In this document: positions 39,499-53,555 of the stretch, in pieces
Position numbering within the stretch: the stretch's first letter is position 1
Layout of the letters: every line of letters starts with the position of its first letter
DNA from: Tubiluchus corallicola
Lineage: Eukaryota; Animalia; Priapulida
Assembly (NCBI GenBank): GCA_030141605.1
Contig: JAQGDQ010000092.1
Location: forward strand, 248,001 to 312,000
Direction: 5' to 3'
Length of the DNA stretch: 64,000 nt
The notes under the pieces: model-generated
Told to the model about the DNA's origin: nothing
Seen by the model: only the letters and a program-made list of their open reading frames with translations
The model's database searches: none
Made by a program: the position numbers and the translations under genes

Positions 39499-39739
39499 GC
39501 TGAAAATCTTCTGAAACGCTTTCCTGTCATGTTCATTAGCTGATTATAATGATCCACCAATTAGGATGGCCACCACAACGTCATTTTGATGAGATAAATA
39601 AAGTGCATTTTCCCAAGACTCATTTATGCCTGGGTAGTATTTAGGAAAACCGTTCGCTTCAGTAACCATTTATTTCTTGAAAAGTTTGACGCCAGTCTTT
39701 TCTGATACTGATCACCAAAAACAAAGATTTGCTTCAAAC
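39499..39739 (-). other. Putative 5' UTR portion of the neurexin first coding exon
   Basis: Minus-strand acceptor tttctatattttAG|GTTTG (AG at 39741-39740) lies 241 nt upstream of the ATG. The segment contains several upstream ATGs. Confidence 0.55.
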
Positions 39740-39959
39740 CTAAAATATAGAAACCAAAAAATGTTCATAGAAAGTATATAAAATGTTTTAGTGTCAATTT
39801 AAATGGTGAAATGGGAAGCACAGAATGAGTGAACGAAATGCAAAAGGATTATTTACCGATTTCACTAAGCAGATAAAATTTTATTTATATAGACAAATTT
39901 CAATGACAGTTTTTCAATAAAATTGATAAAACACAAAGATACCTGCAGACATTTTGGAA

Positions 39960-40195
39960 AACAAGTTCGAATCGAACTATTAGTCGAGAAACTTGTTGAA
40001 CTCAAGATCGTGGATTAAAAACAACAACAATGCCACCATTTCGCAAATAAAAAGCCCGACTCAGCCAGTCGATGCAGAATTCATTCTAACATGTTTTCGA
40101 AAAATAATTTTGCAGCCTTCTTGAATTTAAAATGGCGGATCGAAAATCATGACGATCCATTGCAAATTCACGGAGCCTTAGGTTTTTTCAAAAAG
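39960..40195 (-). repeat. Second, inverted and rearranged copy of the 8440-8860 repeat family
   Basis: tgaactcaagatcgtgga, gtcgatgcagaattcattcta and ttgaatttaaaatggcggatcgaaaatc are reverse complements of segments in about 8620-8850. Confidence 0.75.
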
Positions 40196-43100
40196 GCTAT
40201 GCCAACAAGAACAACATCCAGATGAGTAGCGATTCGGGTTGCTCCCTTGACCAAAAATTATTTTAACGGGCAACGTTGGCCAAGGCTAAAATTGATTTCA
40301 TGCAGAATTAATCGGCAAGTCAAATTGGGTAGCGCTTTTACAGACGTCTGTGTATCCTTACGAACATTATTAACTTAATGAACATGCAGAACATAGAAAA
40401 CATCAAACTGATAGCGATTTTGAAGAAAAACAGATTTCGATACATTAGTAAATAGCATCACTTGCAAATACCCCATTGTTTCAGAACTAGTAGAGTTGTT
40501 TTAATTTATCTAGTCAAATTTTGTTGGCAGAAGTGTGCAACAACATAATTAAAACTAAAATTAGGCTAAAAGAGATAATAATTAATTTTTGTAATTCAAT
40601 CTTAAAAAACAGCTTTTTAGTATTTTATTTCTTAAGATATTTTGCGCATGAGTAAAAAATCGTGTACTGTTTTCCTGCATTTTGCACGCCCATTTTTACA
40701 CCCCATGTTTTCTTCCTTTAATCCAACAAGCTTGCTTTAACTTCTCGTAGATTACCAACGCAGTCAACACGTCACCCCATTTTAATACGCGAACAGAAAA
40801 CTGCACTAAAACCTGAAACACAACCTCAGCAAATAACGAATCTGCATGCTTGGACTGTAATCGAAGCCGACAATTCATTTTGTTAAGAAAGTGCGACGTT
40901 TTTGAAATGCAAATATGAAAGCCAAATTTCTTTCAGAATCTAAATTCTAATTTTATCGTCGCCACCTGTTACTCGAGACGTTGTGTGTTGACATGATGCT
41001 GTTGAGGAAAAAATCGACTGCTGATAAGCCCACAATTCTGGACGATATTTTCTCAACAGGCACGAATTCACATACGCTATCAAATAGTTACATACTTATT
41101 TACTGATGGTATGTTTTGCATACACTGAAGTGTTTGAGATCCCTAATGTTATGGAAATAATAAGAGGATGTGAAAAAATGCGTCTTTTTGCACAGACAAA
41201 TCGTTTTTAAGTACAAATTTTATGCGCATTACTGTAAATTTTTAGTCTAAATTTTTATTTCATCTCATTGGACTATAAGTACATAAGTGCATACTACATA
41301 GCACTTACTATGGTAGAAATACATTTATATTTCATTTCCTACTATGTTTTCCACATGATAATATGAACCTACAAAATAATACACTCAATATTTTTGACAT
41401 GACATGCGTCTTAACATGACAAAAGAAGACATGATTCTTAATAAACTGTTAATCACTTTATGTTTTGATTCTGAGACTAAGTACAGTAAGTGATTTAATT
41501 ATAGGGAGCAGAAACAATGGTTTGCTTTCTTTCTGTTCTCAAAGCCTAATGTCTCCCGTAGGACATTATTACATGCTTTGCTATACTTACTGCCATACGA
41601 TTTCATCACAGCTGCACAGGTTTCAGATGATTAAGAAAAAGAATTCATACATTTATTACACAACAAGTACACTTAATTAGTTAATTCAAATGTAAGCCGC
41701 CAAAAGAAAGACCGAAATGAACGAATCCAGAAAAAAATATTTTAGAAAAATAATTTTATGTGATTATGTGCCGAGACTGAAATTAGCTTGCACGAACTAA
41801 TAAATGGCATGTCAAGCTGTATACAGTAGGCCTAGTGAGTGTATTATAAATAAAAACTCACTAATTAAACATGTTGATTTATTGTTTAATTAAAGTCCCT
41901 GATGAGTTCCTGATTCTTTACTTTTGAAGGGTTGAGTAGTAATTAGCGCAGAAATCAAGTCATCTTGTGACTATATTGCATGTTAATTGGTGTGGTTTCC
42001 AGTAGTAGTATTGTATGACACACTCCATGTGCCTTTATTACCTGCATTCATTCTCGATACAACAAATTGGTATTGATTAGCAAATATCGATCGATTCCTA
42101 CCTCTACTATACGTACGCATGCAAAGGGGCAGCATGTTTTACTCGTGCTGGTAAACTTCAAACTCTGTCGATCGAAGTTTGACCACTTTTGCCAAGAACT
42201 CACATGAATAATGCGCCATTCTGCTAGCAAAGCCATTTGAATCTTGAGAGATTCAATTAGATTCGGTAAGTCTGTTTGATTACGGTGCGCAGTTACCATC
42301 GCGATCAAAAGGGAGCCCAATTACAAACGTTGTTCAACGAAGCCATTTATAAATGAATTAAGATCTTGGGAGATATAAAGATACAGTGAATTTTGATATC
42401 TAGTTTAAAAACTCGCATTTATAAATACTTTATAGCGTTTTCATAATACACTTGATCATTGGCGCAAATTATTTTAATTATCAAGAATATTCTTTTTTTA
42501 ATAACCTGAACTTTTTCAAATAAAGAAGGTGCTACTAGGTAATATAAGTTTATTTTGCGAATTTTTTGAACGTACCTCAAAATTATCTCTATTTTGAAAG
42601 CAAAGTTTTTTACGTGCAACAGAGAAAAAAGGAAACAAGCTGCTGTACATGTGCATTGCCATTTTATGAAACTTACATAAAATTTAGCTGCTAAATTTCA
42701 TTCAACTGAACATGTACTCAACGAAAAAGCATTTGAGTATACATTTTAAAAATATTAGAAACATATTGTAATTCTCACACTAGAACTGAAAATAAAAGAA
42801 ACTACAAGCACTGTTATCAATTATAATCTTTATGTCACCATCATTATTAATGATGGTACAAAACTTAATTTTCGTACCAAAAATCAAAGACAGAAAATGT
42901 AAAAGCTGTATTCCAACTTTTTTACATTTCCTGCCTGTCTAGTGTGACGTCAAGCTTCAATAAATTGTGAAGTTTCTACAGCCATAAATGGACTGTTTAT
43001 TCGTTAAATTTGTACGCATTATTTTATTATTTTACGGGTTCACTCTGGTTAACGCTATAGAAAATAAATGTGGTATAAAGCAGCTCACCTCACAACAAAT

Positions 43101-44379
43101 TAATCGAAAGAAGTACAATTAACACACAATTTGTAAGAATTAGCAAAAAGCACACGCTTTTGCGTAATCATAGTGCAAAGAAATAAATACAATGTTTTAC
43201 ATGTAGTTCGCTATTATACAGACAAGTCTACGTTTCACTTTCGAAAATTCGATGTTTACCTGAGGACAGATTTCTTTTATAATTAAAATTTCGCTTGTCC
43301 AACGTCTAGAATAGACGTAATGGACATTAGCTGATATTATTTGGAATTTCTAGTGGTGTATAAGCCTAATAAAACAAGCAATGCCGAATTTTTTTCGTGT
43401 AAACACGGCCCCTTGGGCTGTCGCCAGGAGCGGTATTTCCAAAGCCACTGGTAACAGTCCTTCAGGAGTATAAACTACTGCTGCCTTGAACTACGCATGT
43501 CGCATGTTGCACCTGATAACGTTGTTTTTATTGTGTTACAAACGGACACTTTTGTGAGTGTTATATCGCACTGTTTAGTGAAATGGGATAACTGTAACAA
43601 TTCAAGGACTACAACTCCACAATAGTATTCAGTCAGCTGGTAATAATCACTATAATCCATAACTGTGCAGGAAACCTTTTAATTGAAGTTGAATTCTTAA
43701 ACTGTAAACTTATAAAGGTAGTTTATTATCTAGGTGTAAATGCTTGCTTCTATTTTTTTCTCCACCATTTTTTGCTTCTATTTTCAAGCTTTATTGTTAA
43801 AATGTTCATTTGCGCTGCCAATGCCGTTTTTTGTGTTTGATAATAATCTACTGTGATTAGCAAAAACTATTTTATACTTGTACTTATATTACTGATCTAG
43901 CAGTTGTTTTCAAGAGGTATCTTATGGTTGTAGTTCCCTTTGATCACTACCCCGTGTATAGAATTAGGAATTACTTGAGGGAATCAGAATCACTTATAAA
44001 GCTACTTGCAGCAAGTGAAGCACGGTTGAGAAGCTTTTAATATAATCAAGACACGACTCACTTCTACAGTGAAGATCAAAGCTCGAATTGCCACCTCGAG
44101 CGTTACCAGAAGATGTGCGCGTAGCTACAATAGCTGTGAGTTACAAAATAAAGTCATTATATGATCATTCTATTAAAGTTTTTTCTTTAGTTTTGCTGGT
44201 GCAAGCATATGCAAAATGAAAAATTACCTACAACCAAGAATTCGTTAACTGAACAAGTTTAGTTTAGGATATCAGCGACAGAAACAATACTTTGAACTCT
44301 TTCGAATCTACGAATTGGTATATTATATATATTATCACGTATATTATTTCATTTTGTACATATGTCATTTTGTACATAT

Positions 44380-44775
<396 letters not shown>

Positions 44776-47700
44776 AACAAATTATTTCTACACTGGTAAA
44801 TAGGTATTATTTTTTGTCGTTTCGGCAGAACACGACGGTTCCTACCTGAAATCAGGTTTGCTTCTAAAGAGTTTACTACATTAGCTGGGGGATTAATACG
44901 AGAATGCGGTCTCTCCGACTATATTGCTCCTACTTTACTTCCTTTCTTGAGCCTGCTTTTAGTTTCTGCCACAAGGAAACAACTAGTTTCAGCTTCTAAA
45001 ACTTCACTGCTGACGAAGCAAAATTTCATGACATACATAATGTATACCAAAAAGTCGCTAAGTAATATCATTATAGTCTATATCATGTTAAAATAACAAA
45101 AGCGATTAGCATGCATAACTTTCTTACCTGCATTGATTTACTCTAAGTTAAAGCAAGTTAGTGTTTATTATTCAGAAATTCGCCGATCTCAAATGTTACT
45201 AAGACACATTATAGTTTGTTAAGCTAAAACAACCGCAGGTACATAAAACTAGCGATCCTTGTACAACTTTGCCTTTGTCTGTTTCTTACAGTTCACAAAA
45301 ATTAAGTGATAAATTACAATCAATAAGAGTTGAGAAGGCATCGCGAGTTAGAAGCTGGCGTCGGTCAATCTATCATCCGTAGTAAACCGGCACTGAAACT
45401 AGAACTGAAGCCACTGCGACGTTCCGCTGTTGAGAAGCCAAAGTACTGGACATCATGTGGCGTAACTAAGAACAGGAACTCCTATTCCAGGGCAAAACAA
45501 CGTATTTGTGAGCTTTTTAAACGCAAATGGTAATCTAGTCAGTAGATTTGACCAACGGGTGATTAAGTCAATAGTCGCAGTTATTTCCACTAGTACTAAA
45601 TAACGACAAATATTTTTCTCTTAGTCGTCTGCCCATTTACTGACTACAGGCCCAGTATTGTTTAACTTTGCTCACTTCGGTCATCGCAGAAGAATCGCTT
45701 CCTCATGACACCCTGCACACATACCATGCGAACTTAGTTGTTCTTCCAAAACAGCAAGTTAGCATGCCTATGACACATAACTTGCGCCAGGCTATAGTAA
45801 TCGACAGTATTACGGCATTCAACAGTATTCTGCCCATTTTAAAAGCAAATAAAAAAATTTACTATTACTACCACCGCTGCCGCTGCCGCCGCCACCACCT
45901 CTACCACCAACACCACCGCCACCATATTATGAAGGTCAATATAAACTTTACCCAACGAATCATTGCACTATTATTGCAGTTATTATTGCAATGGTTGCCA
46001 TCTATTTCGTAAATTGGGGTAATTCATAAAGTTTGCTATCATTAACGCTTTGAAATTCTTTGTGAGTACCATCTTCGGCAGCCACTTCAACTCACCATAA
46101 GAGCATACAGCCAACTGAAATACCATTTGCATATAAAAGGTTGCAAAAACAATGACAATGGAGTGAAGAAACTTGTTTCCCCAACCTTCAAAACTTGTTC
46201 CCGCTATTTATTGTGTACTGTTCATTTTATAACCAGCTCAGGAGCTAAATGATGCGTTATTTCCGCACAATATTGAAGCAAATTGCTTAGAGGTTAAGGA
46301 TTTGGATTGGATTGTTGAATGATAATGTATAGTAGTTTGCACAAATCGATTTTGAAATGTTCTTTGACATGAAAGAGTGGCCTTAAACTGACAATTGCAT
46401 CACATACAATAATATTGCTTTGTAAGTTATTATAATAATTTTGTATGTAAGTAATAATTGCTACATCTCTATAGAGAGGATGGTCTAATAAATTGTAAAA
46501 ATTTTCTCCCCACTTCCCCTTTTCCCTGATTGAAAAAATATGCTGTGACCTTAATGCTTTAATTATATCATATCCCCAAAATTTGGCCCTCCTTATCACC
46601 TCGTGTACACCATTTCTTTAATAATCATATCACGTGCAAACCACTATCCAAGCGCTAATTAGATTTGTCAAACTTAACTACTGCGTACGCAGAAGTAAAT
46701 CGCTGTCAAATACCAAATGCTTCCTGTGATCAACTTTATTTTACGACATCTCTACCTTCAATCTCGCTTGCAAATAAATATGACACTGTGCTGATGGGCT
46801 GAAATATGACACTGTGCATGGAACTACTCAATTACACTTCTGTGGTAAAACACCTTGATTCTAACTTCGTTGCTACAGATATATGTATGTATATATATCG
46901 ATCTGACAAATTATTTTCTGACCTGTCCTCCCCCACCCTAAATGACTTCATAGCGAGTTCGTGGTGACATCGAACTCCACCAAAATTAGATTTTTAAACT
47001 GTTTTGTCGAAAGTCTGATTATGCCACTTAAAATCAAAAGGTTTCTCAGAACATCAGACGAAATGCTTTAATCTCCATGTTGTCATAACCGTGAATTGCC
47101 TATTACCCTTTTAACACAGGATGTTTGAAAAGAAAAAGTGCTGATGGGCTGAAATATGCTGAACAAATCACAGAAGAAATGCAGTGAGTATTAAGTCATG
47201 CAGAATGAGATTACATTATTCTAACTGTAGGAACTGTGATCACATTTACTGGGCTTTGTATGGCGTAATACTGGTATGTTTATTCAGTTTTATTCCATTT
47301 ATGTAATTTTCAAACTTAAGTTTAAACTCATTTTATTTAGTTCACGTATATTGTAATAGTGAAATTGTTTATTGAAATTGTTAGTGCACTGCTTCTTTTG
47401 GAACACCCTGTACAAGTGTTGTGCAAAGGGACCTGTATAGCTTCCTAGATTAATAGTAGTGGTCTTAACTCCGCCCTGGTTAGTCCAACAATGAGTTCCT
47501 CGAAATTTGATCACCTCAACTTTGACAGGTACCACCGCAACATCCAAATTAGTCGTTATGCGGTTGAGTAAATATCATAACTGAACCTCATCCTATCTGC
47601 TGGCAAGATTTTCTAGAATTTTATTAAATTCACTCAACTGAAAAGCTGAAACATTTTCCTGCAGCTGACACTCCTCATTAGCTGCTGCTCGTCGTCCTCG

Positions 47701-47929
47701 TCTTATCTATGACAATGTAACAGTGATACGTTAATAATGACAAGCGTTATGGAAAAGTGAAAATCATAGCTGCTTTGTCTTAAAGATTTTTTACTCTACA
47801 GTATCTTGAGCATTGAGACGCTGCGTATTTGTAGTGAGATCTCTTTGCACAAATAATCAACAACGTGAATCAGCTTATACTAATCAAACGGCTTGTTTAT
47901 CAAAATCTTCTTGGTTCAGATACAGTCAC

Positions 47930-47932
<3 letters not shown>

Positions 47933-47960
<28 letters not shown>

Positions 47961-48010
47961 CAATTATTATTATTATTATTTTTTTAATTATTATTATTAT
48001 TATTATTATT
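47933..48010. repeat. (ATT)n microsatellite
   Basis: Direct reading. Confidence 0.97.
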
Positions 48011-48470
48011 AGGGTCACGAAACTCATAGGTCAGTAGCCCTGGTAAAGGGAAGGACTGCAGTCAGTGCAGTGAACATTACCAAAAATGTTAGCTGTGTAT
48101 GACCTAACAACTTTTCTGTATTACTGCGACTTAATAGACACAAACTAACTTTTTCATACACTGCAGATTACGCTAGATCCTGACAGTGTATTACTCTCCC
48201 AAGCCCATCAGATAGTTCATTTAAGCTGAGAAAAGATTATGCAACAGGTTTTTTGAAACAAGGACAACTCTTCTGCAGCTTTCTTCTGTTAATGAACTTC
48301 ATGCTGCTTGCACCGTGCACAAGGATCTTAATATACATGTATTTTGTGCAGAGGTGATCGAGAAAGAGGTAACTTAAAACCACGTTATCGTACATCCCAA
48401 TGCATCGCTAACAGGCATTGAAAATTGAATGAAGTTTATTGGGTTTTTTTTGCATCTTGCAAGCACTCAC

Positions 48471-48500
48471 CTTGAGGCAAACGGTGGACACCAATTACAC
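48471..48500 (-). other. Candidate 30-nt non-coding micro-exon (possible neurexin 5' UTR exon)
   Basis: Minus strand reads gtgcttttAG|GTGTAATTGGTGTCCACCGTTTGCCTCAAG|GTGAGT, with near-consensus acceptor and donor. No transcript evidence is available. Confidence 0.3.
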
Positions 48501-50017
48501 CTAAAAGCACGAATATATTATATTCGACTAAAAATAGCAAAAGAACATTGCTTTCGTCACTTACACTAAACACTGTTTATCAAAAACGCACTTACTAACT
48601 CTGTGTAATAGCCTTGTGTTGCCTTATTTAACTTACTGTATCAGCTTACGGGGTTCGACATATACAAATATATCACCCTTAAATGTATTACGACGAAAGT
48701 TTTACGTGTAATTTATAATCTATCTAAACGAACAGAAATACCATTTACATACTGTAAATGTGGCATACTGCTGGTAAGCGACTTAAATAAACTAGCTTAA
48801 ATGTAGAAAACAAATAACAGACTTTTCCAAGAATTTTTGCTAATCCAGTAAATCTAGCACAAAAAGTTCATAACACGAGATTTAATACATACAGCATCCC
48901 ATTGTGCAGAACCAACATTGCGAAGTATTCAAAGTCCTAAACTCTGGAACAGTCCTAAACGCTAGATATATCTACCAACACCAAAATATTTAGACATAAC
49001 TACATAGTCATAATAATATAACCAAGCGGTCAATTTGGACATTTTTGATTGGCCATTTTATATCAGCTTTCGCAAGAATGTTCTGCACTCTTAATTTGTC
49101 AGTTAATCTTGAAAAATATATATTCTTATTATTATTTCACTTTGATAATTTTGTATATTTGTCTCTTTATTTCCATATCATTATGTTGTCAACTTTTTCT
49201 CCTCATCATTCATTCATATCCTCACTTGCTGATTCGCATCCTCTCCATTCCCTGCAACGCACATCATCTAACTAGGTATTTAATTAAGTGTATTACAAAA
49301 TTTGCTTCTTATAGAGTATTTTATTTCTTGTTAAATATTGTATTATTGAAATTTTTGTATTTTTTAATGTACCAGTTGTATTTGTGTTGATACGAAATAA
49401 ACAATCTTGAATCTAAATGAAATTGAATTAATTTTGTGTATTTTTATGGCTCAGCTTAACTACGTTTTTCATTCGGTAATGAATTTTGTCTTATTGACCT
49501 CTCCTAGAACATCCCAGGCAAGAGATTATAAACGACCCTGTGCAGTTGCACTATTGCTGTTTCTGGATGTCAGATTTCCTTTTTTATAAAAGATGTAAAG
49601 GATAATTTTAGAAATGCAATTCAAGCAGAAATTGTCGCTGCTTCCTTTGAAAGTAATTTCTGTATGTTCAATAGGGCCTGTGCGTAGTTAATTAAAGAGC
49701 GTCAATAAACAGTAAACCAGGACTAGGAAAGACAATTATTTAAATTTTAACAGAAGCCACGTAATGTGGCATGGGAAGAATTAAAGGGATAGTAAACTGC
49801 AAAGCAACAGAAGTTCACAATATTTGCTGTGTCTGATTAAAGCGATTTCATCAAAACTTTTCAAGCGATATGCTTCACAACTACTTAAAACATTTTACGT
49901 TCAAGAATTCCCGCCTTCATGCTGTGATCGACTCTCGCAAGTGCTACGGGAACATTGATGCATTTCTTTCCGTGATGCGTAAACTATGACGTCTTCTCGT
50001 GCTCGCGTGCCCAAGTA

Positions 50018-50293
50018 GGGGAGACGGAGATGATTGCAACATTGCGTATATTTTCTCTTGTAAATACATAAACGCTTAGTGACTACTTTCTTGTTTACTA
50101 CTTAATAATTACTTTGAAAAGGACGTACTTCAATTAGTAAGTGTAGATCACATATTCCAGATAAGCAAAAATTTAATTTCAGATTGCCCAAAGGTCATTG
50201 TTACTTAGTCTTCCCATGAACCCTCAGACAATATCAACGGAGATACAAAGACTGTTACAACTTACCCGTGTTACATCCAGCCCCGATCTCCCC
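50018..50293. mobile_element. Small MITE with GGGGAGA termini and TA flanks
   Basis: TA|GGGGAGACGGAG ... CCCCGATCTCCCC|TA. Confidence 0.6.
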
Positions 50294-50781
50294 TACAGCT
50301 AATTACTAGTCTACGCAGAAACGGGACAAGTACTCTCACTGATTATGGGGAACAATGCATGTGTTGGCTGCTAAAATCGATACATACAGTGAATAGCATA
50401 CAAAACGGAAACTAGCAGAATAATTTTATTAGTTTTTTAAACAGTGGAGCTGTAAAGCTTTGATTTTCTCCGCTTGGATTCACCTCCGACATGGTTTTCC
50501 CTCCTTAGTATATAGTTTTTGTCGCGTAATATTTATAATGTAAATAAAACTGCTCCCTCCATGCCATCCTCCGCCGTGTTTATGTGTGTATGTGCGTGCG
50601 CGCGTGCGTGCGTGAGCGTGCGTGAATGCGTGAGTGTGTGTGTATGTGTGTTTGTTTTTGTCTCTATGATGTAGCTTGAAATACGACCTCTAATCTAGAG
50701 GCCATTAGTTAATTTACATTGCACACTAACCTGGGCAGTGAAAATTGTTATCATAATTAATTTGCATCTAAATTATATGCT

Positions 50782-50983
50782 TGTTGTAAAGTTTTAAATC
50801 CGATACGTAAAAAGAAAATTATCTTTAGAAATAGAAATTTGCGAGCTATATTCTTTATTGTGTACAGGAAGAAGTCGTACCGTAAACTAAACCTAAACAT
50901 ATCTTTCTCTAAAAATTTACCTAGTTAAAGGCCTGGACTGTAATGAAGCCCACATGAATAAAGCGGAATTTAGATTCTCCACA
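50782..50983 (-). mobile_element. Possible 3' LTR of the BEL/Pao element
   Basis: Downstream of the pol stop on the minus strand: a short purine tract GGGAG followed by TGT (50983), an internal AATAAA (about 50834-50839) and an ACAACA end near 50782. Confidence 0.35.
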
Positions 50984-51311
50984 CTCCCGACAAACAAAAA
51001 AGTTTACATAATATGCAATTAAGCAGATAAGTACGTTAATTTCATTGAAACGTCACAACAAAATTACTGTAGTTCAGTAAGATGGTAACGTAGTCACTCT
51101 CGCTACGTAATCACAACTTAATACTTTAGCAGTATGTAATAAAGATTTCACATAGCAAATTGTTAAATCAAAACGAAGATATCGTGATACCAAAACAATA
51201 TTGGTTGAACGAACACAAAAATTTGCAAATTTAAACAACGAAAATACTGAATGAAACACATTTTCTGTAGGGTTTCATATTGTTGCTGATTTTAAGGTCC
51301 ATTAACGTTGT

Positions 51312-51800
51312 TTAAGATTTAGCTCCCTCTGCTGCAATTCTCGAAATTCGTTTAGCGGCAGCTCTGGTCCATGTGGGTCGAATAGCCGGTTGAGTGGAAT
51401 CAGCTGCATGTTGGTTTTTTCCGTTTTCTTTAGTCTCAGTGTTGTGAACATAATCATCATTCAACTCCAGAGGAAACAAGAAATTTAAAGAACGAACTAG
51501 TTCACTATTCTTCTTTTGATTTCCTCTCGCTAGTACTTTGGCGGCTCGAATATTACCATGTCGGCTACGAATGGGCTCTGTGATAAGGCCCAATTTCCAC
51601 TGGCTTCTAGGAATATCCATAATTTGCACAACCACGACGTCATTGATGCAGGGCAAATAATGTGAGGTGACGCGTTTTTGTTTCAGAGATGACTGGTAGC
51701 GTTCTCGTATTCTCAGCAGATAGTCTCTTTGCCTAATCGTCCAAAATGCGTCCAACTGCTGCCGGCCTTTCTTCCACCCGTGTAAGTAAGGTTTGTGTAG
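51312..51800 (-). mobile_element. BEL/Pao LTR retrotransposon pol C-terminus (post-integrase DUF5641-like domain)
   Basis: WKKGRQQLDAFW..DYLLRIRER..INDVVVV..PRSQWKLGLITE..SRHGNIRAAKV..LVRSLNFLFPLEL matches the BEL/Pao W....FW..W..EYL..L..P...W.LG.I.....DG.VR.A.V....R....L.PLE pattern. Confidence 0.88.
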
Positions 51801-52539
51801 AAGACGGAGGGTCTGGTTGGTAGGTAGTGTCAAGGTCAACGTTCGAGTCAATAGGTAAAGTGTTGATTGAACGAGCAAAGTTGCGTTCCCATATCTATGT
51901 TAGTTTATTCTGCAAAAATACAAATTTTCTGTAGTCTACAATTACTACATCTACAAATCTATTGAAATAAAAGTGCTAGAAAATAAGTGCTACAGATTAC
52001 TACGTTACACTAAAAAGCTAAAAATGTATACATACATTGTTGGTCCAATATTGAGTCGAGAAAAAGCCAGAATGTCAGTAAAAGGTAGCAGTATAATTAT
52101 AAGTCAATTTTTAAATGTAACAGAGACGTGTGTACTTAACAAGTTCCACCTATACAATGTCAGAGTAGAAAAAGTAGTCTAGCTTGCTGAGCTACAGTCT
52201 AATATATTGTGCCTTCTAATGCATATGCTACCTTGAGAAGAGGTAATGGACCAAAACATTTACACCTGCAACAGATTAGGTGTGATAACTGTGAATGAAT
52301 GAAAGCTAGAATCAACGTAAGTGAGGGGACGGCTATTAAGGTATACAAGGTTTGCGCCCTTCGTGCCTGTTCAGTCTGTTTCTAAATCTAAACAGAAGCC
52401 AGCTGACGCTCGAGAGAAAAACTTAAACCCTCGAGAAAGCAACTGTTTTTATTGCAAATAGAACAAACTGAACAAAAAACTGAAGAAACTGCTGCTTTGC
52501 ACTCGAATCACTCCAGTCTTGGTCTTTTTTCTACTAATG

Positions 52540-52924
52540 AACGGGCGATTGTGCAGACAGCTAAGTATGCATTAGTCGCGCCCCTAGCGAATCTGAAAAA
52601 CGAAAACCTTGCTCTGTTTCAAACTTTAAAAAGATTTCTGTACGAGCGTACCTGGACACTGGTGCGCATTCCAGCTATATAACCTTGCAATTGGCTCGTG
52701 AACTCGAATTGCCGTTAACAGACCTTGACACTGTTAACATAGCCACCTTTGCGAAACCGTCAGTTAGTAAGATCGAATACTGCAGAGGTGCAATTAATCT
52801 TTTTAGTAAAGATAGCTCAAAGATACTTAAAATGAATGTGCGAATTATACCAGAAATTGCACCTGCTACTACCCAGTCACCCCTACCTGCAAAGGTTCGT
52901 TCTCGACTGGATAGTTTTTTCTGA
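52540..52924 (+). mobile_element. BEL/Pao aspartic protease remnant
   Basis: The plus frame reads VRAYLDTGAHSSYITLQLARELELP..VNIATFA (catalytic D-T-G, Asp codon at 52655). A frameshifted IVQTA motif lies upstream. Confidence 0.75.
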
Positions 52925-53555
52925 TCTTGCAGATTCACCACCTTAGTCGAAACCCGGAAATGAACCAGTTGCAAGGGTGCCTGTGATAAGTAAATGCTGC
53001 TAACTAAATGTTCAAGTCAAACGTTTTGATAATCTCTTCAGTAAATTTAAGCTTATTTCAGTTAACATAAGTCGTGTAACATAAAAATAGTGTTTAGAAT
53101 ATTGTTACACTGTGTATTCACTTGGTTGCCTATTAAATCTATATTATAATATCGAGAGCTCTTTCTTAGTATTGAAATGGGTAGGAAAGGAATTTTAATG
53201 CAATATTCTGCTATTCATTAAAATTAACATAAAAGTCTGAGGTGTTTAGCTTAGGTGAAATTCGGCATATATTAAGTGAAATTCGTGAAGCCATTTATGC
53301 AAAGAATTTCCAGTTATTACATTACGCTCGGCACTCCAATTCCCAGGTTCTGGCATGCAAAACAGAAAATAGTAGCCAGTTGCTTAATATTCGTTTATTC
53401 TCAAGAAAATAATATAATGTTAAGATCATTCAAAAACGTGCGACAAGAAATTTAAAAAAGGGACAAATAAAGAATTTTCATTAAGTTAAGTTTACTGATA
53501 TAAATAACTGAAAATTATTAAACCAGTAATGATGATTCTTCTTTATTTTGCTTTT

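Noticed and set aside
47380-47412. Mariner-like terminus TA|CAGGGTGTTCCAAAA on the minus strand
   Set aside because: No partner TIR was found, so the element cannot be delimited.
49200-49430. Possible L2-type LINE 3' end (HPLHSL motif, AATAAA followed by a short repeat tail)
   Set aside because: Only one short motif; insufficient for a feature call.
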